Positions 36,105-45,252 of a stretch of 64,000 nt of DNA are shown one piece after another; within the stretch, counting starts at the first letter, position 1; every line of letters starts with the position of its first letter. Source of the stretch: Nitrospirota bacterium (GTDB taxonomy: Bacteria; Nitrospirota; JACRHJ01). The stretch covers positions 64,001-128,000 of the forward strand of contig CAWJRJ010000011.1 of assembly GCA_963845245.1 (NCBI GenBank). The letters are read 5' to 3'. The translations under genes and the position numbers were made by a program. Below the pieces are notes generated by a model. That model ran no database searches. It had not been told where the DNA came from and saw only the letters and a list, made by a program, of their open reading frames with translations.

Positions 36105-36274
36105 AAGGTGAGCCATTTTGGGCACCGACTCACACTATTGGCTATACAATGCCCGCCTAAAAAGTCAAGGGCAGAGCGGACTCGAACAATGTAACATGCT
36201 GTAATTATTAGACAAAATGTGTTTTGTTGGTATAGGGATGGTATCGGGCAGTTATTATCTAACTCAGAATTACC

Positions 36275-36436
36275 AAATAAAATGGCCACTTACATCGCTG
36301 TAAGCGGCCTTTGGTCTTTTGGCTCCCCAGCGCGGACGTTATTAGAACTTTATTGCTTGACCCAACCGGGGAGATATTGAGTACGTTTGCAGCCGCGAGA
36401 GACTTTCAGGCCAACAGGCTTACCCGCAAAACATAA
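36275..36436 (+). repeat. Junction: type-A hairpin, exact 9-nt tRNA 3'-end copy and intact tail
   Basis: tggctcccc at 36320; 36320-36436 reads WLPSADVIRTLLLDPTGEILSTFAAARDFQANRLTRKT*. Confidence 0.92.
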
Positions 36437-36588
36437 CTCGTCTGAAAAACATGCGGCTGAAGCGCTTCCCCTGCTTTTTTCTTGACTTGAAGTTCTGCGT
36501 ATGAGAAAAGTACGGTCGACGAAGTTGTTGCTCTTTTAATGGGGCTGTTTGTCTCTGATAATACTCTCTCACGCTGAGGGAAAGTTTT

Positions 36589-37095
36589 GTGAAAAAAGCG
36601 GTTATCATGATCATGACGCTGGCGCTGGCCTTCGGGCTAGTGGCTACAGGCTGCAAGGACAAATTCAAGAAAGACTTCAAGACGCTCCTTGAGGAGGGCC
36701 GTATCGCGTACAAGGCTGGAAACTATCCGAAGGCCCTTGATGCATACGTTACCGCGGCAGAGATCAGCCCGATGGACCCCAGACCACAGTTTTACCAGGG
36801 CAATGTGCTGTACACCATGGGTGAGGTCAACGAGTCTGTACAGGCATTTGACAAGGCCATCGCCTTGGCCCCGACAATCGCCCAACCATACTTTAACAGG
36901 GGCATAGCGCTCGCCCGCCTGAAACGCTACGACGAATCGGTAGAGTCGTTCAACAAGGCGATCGAGCTCAGCCCCAACCAAGTCAAGGCTATATATAACA
37001 AGGCGCTAAGACTGGACAAGAAGGGCAAGAAGGACGAGGCGCGGGCCGCGTTCGACGAGGCGGCAAACCTTGACCCCCAGTACAAGAATAAGTAG
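36589..37095 (+). CDS. TPR-repeat lipoprotein
   Basis: Signal peptide ending ATGC; 3-4 TPR motifs (FDKAIALAP, FNKAIELSP). Confidence 0.88.
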   Translation: MKKAVIMIMTLALAFGLVATGCKDKFKKDFKTLLEEGRIAYKAGNYPKALDAYVTAAEISPMDPRPQFYQGNVLYTMGEVNESVQAFDKAIALAPTIAQPYFNRGIALARLKRYDESVESFNKAIELSPNQVKAIYNKALRLDKKGKKDEARAAFDEAANLDPQYKNK

Positions 37096-37138
37096 TTAAG
37101 CGCACAAGATAGGTTAGCCGAGGGATTATTTAAAACAA

Positions 37139-37168
37139 AAGGGGTTACGCTGAAAAGCGAAACCCCTT
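37139..37168 (-). terminator. Type-B hairpin/terminator downstream of tRNA-Asn
   Basis: Minus strand aaggggtttcgcttttcagcgtaacccctt followed by T-rich sequence. Confidence 0.75.
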
Positions 37169-37175
37169 GATTTTT

Positions 37176-37251
37176 TGGCTCCCCGGGCCGGACTCGAACC
37201 AGCGACAAGGTGGTTAACAGCCACCTGCTCTACCAACTGAGCTACCGGGGA
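37176..37251 (-). tRNA. tRNA-Asn (GTT)
   Basis: TCCCCGGTAGCTCAGTTGGTAGAGCAGGTGGCTGTTAACCACCTTGTCGCTGGTTCGAGTCCGGCCCGGGGAGCCA; 76 nt cloverleaf with encoded CCA. Confidence 0.97.
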
Positions 37252-37479
37252 TCGGTAGTAACTGACATAAGCCGTGGCGGCGGTAATCGCCCCGACAGAC
37301 CGTTACTTTTACCACAGGCTAAACCCTCTTGTCAAGCCTCTTTTCCTTTAAACAGGTTCGCAACCCCCACTCAGCCTATATAGATATAAATTTAGATTAT
37401 CACCTGTCATTTATGATATATTTGTAAAGAGGTTGAAGGAATCCATAACACCTGATATTTCTTAAAAAAAACCCTTTAC

Positions 37480-38442
37480 ATGGGAGGGGATATCTTGGGT
37501 CCTATCACCAGGCCTCAGCGCTACCTTATCCTCGCAGCCATACTGGCAATCGTCGCGTCCGCCTTGTGGTATGTTCTGTTCAGTAGTCAGGGCGTTAAGG
37601 TCGAGTTCGAAAAAACATCGCCCGCCCCCCCGGCAGCGGAGGACAAAAGGCCGGTCCTGAGAGTGGCGGTCGCGGCAATGATATCCCCTGAGGCCACAAG
37701 GGACAACTACAACGAATTACTTCACATAATCGGCGACAAGGTAGGCCGCCGGGTCATCTTTCTCCAGCGCAGGACCTATGCCGAGGTCAATGCCCTTATC
37801 GAAAAAAAGGAGGTCGACCTCGCCTTTGTGTGTTCCGGCCCATATGTTGCCGGAAAAGACCGCTTTGGCCTGGAAATCCTGGCCGTACCTGTAAGCCACG
37901 GCAGGTCCGTCTATTATTCCTACATCATAGTCAACAAAGACAGCACGGCTGGCTCATTAAGCGACATGCGCGGGAAGACATTCGCCTTCACCGACCCGGA
38001 CTCAAACACCGGCTACCTGGTGCCTACATACATGCTCGCACAGCAAGGCGAGACTCCTGGTTCTTTCTTCAAACATACTCTCTTCACCAACAGTCACGAC
38101 AACTCCATAAAAGCAGTGGCCGATGGCCAGGTGGACTCCGCTTCGGTGGACTCGCTGATATATGACTTCCTGTATACTGCCGGCGACCCCAACGCCGCCC
38201 GCACCCGCATATTAACCAAGTCTTCCCCTTACGGCATACCGCCCGTAGTGGTACACCCGGCCCTTAATAATAATTTGAAGCTCCAGCTTAAGGCGGCCCT
38301 TTTGTCCCTGCATCAAGACCCCGAGGCCAGGAAGCTGCTCGACAAGCTGCAGATTGACCGCTTTCAGGAGGGCGACCCCGGCATGTACGATTCTGTCCGT
38401 GAGATGAACCGTTGGCTCGCGAAGAGAAGGACCAAAGAATGA
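37480..38442 (+). CDS. PhnD-family (phosphate/phosphite/phosphonate) substrate-binding protein
   Basis: AAMISP, AFVCSGPY, FAFTDPDSNTG, SHDNSIKAV, IPPVVV. Confidence 0.88.
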   Translation: MGGDILGPITRPQRYLILAAILAIVASALWYVLFSSQGVKVEFEKTSPAPPAAEDKRPVLRVAVAAMISPEATRDNYNELLHIIGDKVGRRVIFLQRRTYAEVNALIEKKEVDLAFVCSGPYVAGKDRFGLEILAVPVSHGRSVYYSYIIVNKDSTAGSLSDMRGKTFAFTDPDSNTGYLVPTYMLAQQGETPGSFFKHTLFTNSHDNSIKAVADGQVDSASVDSLIYDFLYTAGDPNAARTRILTKSSPYGIPPVVVHPALNNNLKLQLKAALLSLHQDPEARKLLDKLQIDRFQEGDPGMYDSVREMNRWLAKRRTKE

Positions 38443-39833
38443 ACCTCCGAAAAATCATATTGGTCCGCACGGTCGTCCTTCTTGCGGCACTTATCTTCCT
38501 GTGCAACATAGCCATGGTGATATTTTTGATCAGGCAGAACAGGGCGGCATGGAAAAGGCTGGGCGGAGACGAGGCCGTCTTCATTGCCAGCCAGTCCGAG
38601 AGGCTGCTGCTCTGGGACGACCAGGTGGCGGTGCACGACCTTATCATGAACCGCAAAAGGCTGAACGGCCATATAGACAACATGTTCATAGAGATGGGCG
38701 GCGCACCCTACGCCCACACGTTCCCCACCGGTGTGCCGACAGGCCTGATCGGTTTTCACGGCCCGCTTCCCGATGGCTATGCCGTTCGCGAAGTGCGAGA
38801 CGGGCAAGGACGCGTATTCTACGACATCTCCTCGCAGGTGCGCGGGATGGACGCCGTGGTACATCTCCTCCTTTCCCGTAACACTGTGGACAACAAGGCA
38901 CTAGGCCTGGTTGTGAGCATTTCAGTAATTTGCCTGACCGGCTGGCTGTTGAGCATACTCCCGGCAATGCATTCCGCGGGCGCCATAACGCAAGAAGCAG
39001 ATAAAGCCACTCGGGACCTCCAAAACCTGAACGAGCAGCTTGAGACCAGGATACTGGAACGCACAGCAGAGCTTTCGACTACCAACGAAAAACTTAAAAC
39101 TGAGATCGCGGAAAAGAAAAGGTTAGAAAAGGAAAAGGATGATTTTTATGCGATGGTCACGCACGACTTGAAGTCACCCATCGCCGTGATAGCAGGCTAT
39201 GCGGACCTGATCCGTGAAATGAACGCAGGCCTCAACAGTGAAGCCCTCGAAATGCTGGGCCATATAAGGCAGAGTTCAAAAAAATTGTCTAATATCGTGG
39301 ATGAATTCCTGACTATATCACGCCTGGAACGCGGCACCATGACGTTGAACATCTCCATAAACGACATAAACGGCCTGGTGCGTGAGGTGTTGGAGGATTG
39401 CACTCCCATGTGCAAGGAAAAGGATATCGTGGTAACGGCGGAACTGGAAGATGACCTTCCAAAGGCCTTGATGGACAAGTTCTACGTGCAACGGGCGGTG
39501 GCGAACCTTGTCCAAAATGCTATCAAGTTCACGCCTGAGGGAGGCAGGGTATCCGTCTGCGTGCGGCGTGCCGGCGAAAATGATAACTACGTCACGGTTA
39601 GCGTGTCAGATACGGGCATCGGGATACCGGCTGATGAGCAGGACAAGGTCTTTGACAAGTATTACCGCTCACCGTCTGCCGCCGGTACCAAGGGCAGCGG
39701 GCTCGGGCTTGCGATTGTAAAGGCGGTGGCCACGGCGCATAGCGGTTCGGTCGAACTCCAAAGCGAGGTGGGCAAGGGCAGCACCTTCAGCCTCAAACTG
39801 CCCCTCACGCCCGATGCCATCCTGGCGACTTGA
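38439..39833 (+). CDS. Membrane sensor histidine kinase
   Basis: Two TMs, coiled coil, THDLKSPI, GSGLGL; ATGA overlap with the upstream SBP gene. Confidence 0.9.
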   Translation: MNLRKIILVRTVVLLAALIFLCNIAMVIFLIRQNRAAWKRLGGDEAVFIASQSERLLLWDDQVAVHDLIMNRKRLNGHIDNMFIEMGGAPYAHTFPTGVPTGLIGFHGPLPDGYAVREVRDGQGRVFYDISSQVRGMDAVVHLLLSRNTVDNKALGLVVSISVICLTGWLLSILPAMHSAGAITQEADKATRDLQNLNEQLETRILERTAELSTTNEKLKTEIAEKKRLEKEKDDFYAMVTHDLKSPIAVIAGYADLIREMNAGLNSEALEMLGHIRQSSKKLSNIVDEFLTISRLERGTMTLNISINDINGLVREVLEDCTPMCKEKDIVVTAELEDDLPKALMDKFYVQRAVANLVQNAIKFTPEGGRVSVCVRRAGENDNYVTVSVSDTGIGIPADEQDKVFDKYYRSPSAAGTKGSGLGLAIVKAVATAHSGSVELQSEVGKGSTFSLKLPLTPDAILAT

Positions 39834-39849
39834 TCCTTTCCTGAGAATG

Positions 39850-39878
39850 AAAAAGGCAGGCCCAATGGCCTGCCTTTT
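39850..39878. terminator. Bidirectional intrinsic terminator
   Basis: aaaaaggcaggcc-caat-ggcctgcctttt between convergent genes. Confidence 0.75.
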
Positions 39879-39906
39879 ATTATTTACTTTTATTGAAACT
39901 TGCAGC

Positions 39907-41451
39907 TTAGCCGCGCGGCGGGCGGGTGGTGTAACCGCCTCTCTCTGGCCTTGCCGCGTTGCGGTTGTCGAACCCGCCGCCTGGCCTGCCAGCAGGCCTG
40001 CCTGCGGGCCTACCCTCTGGGCGGGGACCGCTGAAGCTTTTTTCATACGGCCTGCCCTCGGGCCTTGCGCCGTAAGGCTTCCTGCTGTCGGTGCGCACTG
40101 CGTTGCCGGTCCGTTCAGACTGGCCGGGGCCGTTTCCGCCGCCCCTGACTGCCGGGCGTGGTGCGCTGAAGTCTCTGCCTTCCGGCCTCGGGCTGTTGTA
40201 GCTCCTGCCTTCCGGGCGCGGCCTGTTGTACCCGCCGCCGCTCCTGTCAAAAGACCTGCCCTCGGGCCTGCGGCCGTCCCTTGACGGGGCAGAAGGCCTG
40301 GGCCTGCTGGATGCGAACACCGGCTCGAGGCCCGGCACGGTGTGGACCGGAAGCATCTTGCCCGTGTAGCGCTCTATCATCTTTATCTGCTTGAACTCGC
40401 CATCGGTGGCAAAGGATACCGCTATGCCGGTCTCGCCTGCGCGGCCCGTGCGGCCAATACGGTGCACGTAGTCCTCTGCGGCCTTCGGCAGGTCGTAGTT
40501 TATCACATGGCTGATGCCGGTGACATCAAGACCGCGCGCCGCGACGTCTGTCGCAACGAGGAGCCTGACGCTGCCGCTCCTGAGGCTGCTTATCGTGCGG
40601 TTACGCGCCCTCTGGTCCATATCCCCGTGGAGTGCCGCGGCGGAGTAGCCCAGGGACTTGAGTCTGGTGGCCAGCTTGTCGGCGTTCCTCTTGGTGGCCG
40701 AGAATATTATTGCCTTGGTCACCTCGGATGCGCCTGCGAAGTGCTGAAGGAGGCGGTCCTTGTGCTCGGCGCCGTCCGTCATGTGGAGCCTCTGCTCAAT
40801 CGCATTCTGTTCCACTTTCGTCGGGGTTATCTCTATGCGCTCCGGGTCGTTAAGGAGCGACTTGGCTATCTTTATTATCTCAAAGTCGAGCGTCGCAGTG
40901 AAAAGCAGCGTCTGCCTTCCGGACGGGGTCATGGACCCTATCCTCTTGACGTCGTCGATGAAGCCCATGTCCAGCATGCGGTCTGCCTCGTCAAGGACGA
41001 GCATCTTCAAGGACTTGAGGTTTATGTTGCCGCGCTCGAGGTGGTCAAGCAACCTGCCGGGGGTGGCGACTACTATGTCGCATTGGGCAAGCTGCCTGAA
41101 CTGCTCGCGGTACGGCATCCCACCCAGTATGCAGGCGGTGCGCACGCTCATGTACTTGCCATAGGTGCGGGCGGCCATATATATCTGGTCGGCCAGCTCG
41201 CGGGTGGGCGTCAGCACAAGTATGCGCGGCGTTGCCGGGGTCCTGGGGCGCTCGGTCTCGCTTAGGAGCTGGAGGGCCGGGAGCACGAAGGCCGCGGTCT
41301 TGCCCGTGCCGGTCTGGGCGGAGGCCATGACGTCGCGGCCAGCCATGACCAGCGGCATCGCCTGATCCTGAACCGGTGTCGGCGTGGAATATCCGCATTC
41401 GTTAATAGCCTTAAGTATCGGATTTGCAAAGCCAAATTCACTGAAATTCAT
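39907..41451 (-). CDS. DEAD-box RNA helicase (RhlE-like) with an Arg/Gly/Pro-rich tail
   Basis: Q motif, AQTGTGKT, PTRELA, TPGRL, DEAD, TAT, HRIGRTGRAG. Confidence 0.95.
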   Translation of the reverse strand: MNFSEFGFANPILKAINECGYSTPTPVQDQAMPLVMAGRDVMASAQTGTGKTAAFVLPALQLLSETERPRTPATPRILVLTPTRELADQIYMAARTYGKYMSVRTACILGGMPYREQFRQLAQCDIVVATPGRLLDHLERGNINLKSLKMLVLDEADRMLDMGFIDDVKRIGSMTPSGRQTLLFTATLDFEIIKIAKSLLNDPERIEITPTKVEQNAIEQRLHMTDGAEHKDRLLQHFAGASEVTKAIIFSATKRNADKLATRLKSLGYSAAALHGDMDQRARNRTISSLRSGSVRLLVATDVAARGLDVTGISHVINYDLPKAAEDYVHRIGRTGRAGETGIAVSFATDGEFKQIKMIERYTGKMLPVHTVPGLEPVFASSRPRPSAPSRDGRRPEGRSFDRSGGGYNRPRPEGRSYNSPRPEGRDFSAPRPAVRGGGNGPGQSERTGNAVRTDSRKPYGARPEGRPYEKSFSGPRPEGRPAGRPAGRPGGGFDNRNAARPERGGYTTRPPRG

Positions 41452-41649
41452 TAATTTACCTTTCGAAACAATATAAAACACAGTACCGCACAAGGCAACG
41501 ACTGCCCATACCGGGATAAGACGCACCGGGCGGCGTTTTTCATTTGCCGCTAACCTATGCGGTCTGCTATGTATCAGTGTGTTGGTGCTGAAAAGCAGGA
41601 GGGGTCAGAGACAAGTGTATTTAGCGGGTTGGTCCGCTGAGTTCTGCAA

Positions 41650-41677
41650 ATTATACACCAAAAAGGGCAAAAAGCAA
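41650..41677 (-). promoter_or_regulatory. Putative sigma70 promoter for the helicase (leader about 190 nt)
   Basis: Minus strand TTGCTT-16 nt-TATAAT. Confidence 0.55.
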
Positions 41678-41708
41678 GAATAATTATTAAAATTCCTAAA
41701 AAACCTTT

Positions 41709-42068
41709 TTATTCATCTCTATGCACAGCATCCGGCGAGAACGCTGGCAGGCATACCGCCATGTATTCCGCGCCTTCGGGGGTGCTATATCGCACCCATT
41801 CACTCTTCGGGGCAATGACCGCCTCACCCGCTTTAATGTCTACCGAGCCGTCTTTGGTAGTCACGCGAAGGAAGCCCGACAGCACCACGGTATACTCGTC
41901 AAACTGAGGCGTCTGGCCCGGCTCTTCCCAGCCAGCAGGGCTTTTCATCCGCGCGATGCTCACGGCGTCCGTGCCGGAGTTGACCCGCCCGATAAATTCC
42001 TCTATTACCTTAGGCTTGTTGCCTGCGGCCTGGATAACTGTGGGGGTTTTGATGTGTATCAATTTCAA
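41709..42068 (-). CDS. Cupin-domain protein
   Basis: GWEEPGQTPQFDEYTVVLSG, EWVRYSTP, VCLPAFSP. Confidence 0.85.
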   Translation of the reverse strand: MKLIHIKTPTVIQAAGNKPKVIEEFIGRVNSGTDAVSIARMKSPAGWEEPGQTPQFDEYTVVLSGFLRVTTKDGSVDIKAGEAVIAPKSEWVRYSTPEGAEYMAVCLPAFSPDAVHRDE

Positions 42069-42071
42069 CCT

Positions 42072-42602
42072 CTAAAAATATAAACGGTAATGGAAATAAT
42101 CCATCATCTGCTTCAACAACCACATCATCAGAAATATAATTGATATAAAAGCTGCTGACCAAATAATAATCGGAACAAGGTCTTCCTTTGGGAAACCTTT
42201 CTTCCACCCTTTTCCAGGAACCGATATGTCAATAAATATAGCTTCAAAAAACATCCTTATTTTATCCATGATGGAATATTTTTCAAACTTGGTGTGCGTG
42301 ATTTCAATAAAATCAATTATTAGCCCTCTTGCCTGAGCTTCATAGCTTTTTTCAACGAAGATAGTTTTCTGGTTTAACAATTCAATTATAAACCCGACCC
42401 TCAAAGAGCCGAAGTGGTCGTTATGGACGAAATACGGTATATCTTCGCCTTCTAGAATGCCTTTGAGAAATGCCAGCTCGATTTCATTACCAGGGGAAAA
42501 TACTTTAACGAGTTTAACGTCATACATATCCCGGTCTTCGCCCTGAGGCTGTTTGATGCCTAATAAAGTTTCTTTTAGTCCCATAGCTTCCGAATATATC
42601 AT
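42072..42602 (-). CDS. DUF2007-like (putative signal transducing) protein with a C-terminal TM
   Basis: ELAFLKGILEGEDIPYFVHNDHFG; AT-rich; start codon uncertain. Confidence 0.65.
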   Translation of the reverse strand: MIYSEAMGLKETLLGIKQPQGEDRDMYDVKLVKVFSPGNEIELAFLKGILEGEDIPYFVHNDHFGSLRVGFIIELLNQKTIFVEKSYEAQARGLIIDFIEITHTKFEKYSIMDKIRMFFEAIFIDISVPGKGWKKGFPKEDLVPIIIWSAAFISIIFLMMWLLKQMMDYFHYRLYF

Positions 42603-42684
42603 TTCTTAATACAAAAGGACACAGAAATGGCCATCCCCCTTTACAGAGGATGGCCTTGAATTCGTTCCAAACTTAACCCGCGTC

Positions 42685-43113
42685 TTAGTTGTGCCCGTGC
42701 TGGAGCACCTTGATCGAGACGTCTTCGGCCTTCACAATCTCGTCCTCGGTCAGGGCGTACCCCATTGCGTTCAGGTACTTTATGGCCTCCGCCCTCTCCT
42801 TGAATATGCTCCACTTCTTGCTTGAGAACATGGCGACCGTGTGGGCCATCATGCGCGGTATCGAGCCGGGGATGGCGCATACCACCTCCACGACCCGTTC
42901 CGAGATCTGCTTGTCAAGCTCCTTGAACGAGCCCGCATAGCCGGTGTTCGCCGTCTCCATGTTCGTGGCGTCGTGGTAGATGCATACCGGGCCATGGCTG
43001 GTGGCAAGCTTCTGGAGTATCTTGCTGCATATGGCCTTGCCGTTGTCTGCGTCGCCCTTCGGCGGGTGTTTCACTATCGCGAGTACGTCCTTAAGGTTCT
43101 TTTCGTCAACCAT
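42685..43113 (-). CDS. Hypothetical protein (weakly STAS/SpoIIAA-like)
   Basis: GGAGG RBS; host-like codon usage; C-terminal IFKERAEAIKYL. Confidence 0.6.
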   Translation of the reverse strand: MVDEKNLKDVLAIVKHPPKGDADNGKAICSKILQKLATSHGPVCIYHDATNMETANTGYAGSFKELDKQISERVVEVVCAIPGSIPRMMAHTVAMFSSKKWSIFKERAEAIKYLNAMGYALTEDEIVKAEDVSIKVLQHGHN

Positions 43114-43137
43114 ACCGGACCTCCTTTTGAATTCACA

Positions 43138-45064
43138 CTACGCCTTCTGGCTCGCATAATTGAGCGCGCCGCCGGCCATCATAAGCTCCTTGTCGCGGTC
43201 TGAGTTCAGCTGCGCTACCACCGCGATCTTTATGCCCTTCGTGACATTCGTAAGCGTCGGCTTCATCACGTTCGAAATGTCTAACGACAGCTCGTCGCCC
43301 TGGTCCACCTTGTCATAGTCAGCCGCGTCCTTGAACGTCAGCGGCAGGATGCCGAAGTTTATCAGGTTCGCAAGATGAATGCGCGCAAACGACTTGGTTA
43401 TGACCGCCTTCACGCCCAGGTACATAGGCGCAAGCGCGGCATGCTCACGCGAAGACTCCCTGCCCGTAGTTCTCGCCGCCCAACACGAAGCCGCCGCCGG
43501 ACTCTTTCGCCCTTGCGGGGAAGCCCGGGTCGACCGCCTCGAACACGAACTCGGATATCTTCGGGAGGTTGCTCCTGAGAGGAAGCACCTTCGCGCCCGC
43601 AGGCATTATGTGGTCTGTCGTTATGTTGTCGCCGGTCTTCAAAAGCACCTTGCCCGGTAAGGGTATTGCCCGGCTTCTCCTTGCGGGGCAGCGGGGCGAT
43701 GTTCGGGCCGCGCACTATCTCCACCTTGCTCGCCTCCTCGGGCGAAAGAGGCGGGATGATCATCGCGTCGTCTGTCGCGAACTTCTTGGGCATCTTCACC
43801 GTTATCGGTGCCATGCCGAGTGTGCGCGGGTCTGTCATCTCGCCCGTGAGCGCGGCGGCGGCGCAGGTCTCGGGGGAGGCCAGCAGCACGCTTGCGGACT
43901 TCGTGCCGGAGCGGCCCTCGAAGTTGCGGTTGAACGAACGCACACTGACTGCTGCCGGTCGGGGGTGCGAAGCCCATGCCGATGCACGGCCCGCAGCCGG
44001 ACTCGAGTATCCGGGCGCCCGCCTTTATCATCGGTGCAAGCCCGCTCGACTCGGTTATCATCTCGAGCACCTGACGGCTGCCGGGGGAGATGCCGAGCGA
44101 AACGCCCTGCTTTACTATCTTGCCGTCCAGCATCGCCGCGACGGTCATCATGTCCTTGTATGAGCTGTTGGTGCAGGAGCCTATCGCCACCTGCTGCACC
44201 TTCATGCCCTTAAGCTCGGATACCTTCTTCACCTTGTCCGGCATGTGCGGCATCGCGGCCATCGGCTCAAGCGTTGATAAGGTCGATCTCGATCACTTCG
44301 TCGTATGTGGCGGTCTTGTCGGCGACCAGCCTCTTCCATGAGGCCTCACGCCCCTGCGCCTTCATGAAGCCCTTGGTTATGTTGTCCGACGGGAACAGCG
44401 ATGTTGTTGCGCCGAGTTCCGCGCCCATGTTGGTTATCGTCGCACGCGAGGGCACGTCCAGCGTCTCGACGCCCGGCCCGAAGTACTCGAACACGCAGCC
44501 GACCCCGCCCTTTACAGTCTTGAGCCTCAGCACCTCAAGTATAACATCTTTCGCGGATACGAACGGCTGGAGCGAGCCGGTGAGGTTCACGCCTATCACC
44601 TTCGGCATCTTCAGGAAGAACGGCTGGCCCGCCATCGCAAGCGCGACGTCAAGCCCGCCCGCGCCTATCGCCATCTGGCCGATGCCGCCGCCGGTGGGTG
44701 TGTGCGAGTCGGAACCGATAAGCGTGGTGCCCGGCACGCCGAAGCGCTCCAGGTGCACCTGGTGGCAGATGCCGTTGCCGGGGCGCGAGAAGTACAGCCC
44801 GTGCTTCGCCGCTATGCTCTGGAGGAATGCATGGTCGTCCGCGTTCTCAAACCCGCTCTGGAGCATGTTGTGGTCCACATATGACACGGAGAGGTCAGTC
44901 TTTACGCGGTCAACGCCCATCGCCTCGAACTGGAGGTATGCCATCGTACCGGTCGCGTCCTGGGTGAGGGTCTGGTCCATGCGGATGGAAATCGGGTTGC
45001 CCGCCTTCATCCTGCCCTCTAAAAGGTGCGCCTTGATTATCTTCTGCGTTACGTTCAAGCCCAC
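43138..45064 (-). CDS. Aconitate hydratase, split by about 4 frameshifts
   Basis: [70 protein letters not shown]. Confidence 0.92.
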
Positions 45065-45252
45065 GTTATTTACCGTCCTTTATAAAGTATTAAGACCCCG
45101 CATGTGCGGGGCCTGTTGAAGCTTGGGTAATTATACATTGGCGGGGGATGGGAGGGCAAGAAATAAAAATGTACACTTCTTGGTGTCATGCTTTGATAAG
45201 AAATAATTGCTTTTAATAATATTTAATATATTATATGTTTTGGGAGGGCATA

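Noticed and set aside
43138..45064. Aconitase as a true pseudogene or programmed-frameshift gene
   Set aside because: It is a housekeeping gene with catalytic motifs preserved, and the several unrelated indels lack a shared slippery motif. Sequencing error is simpler.
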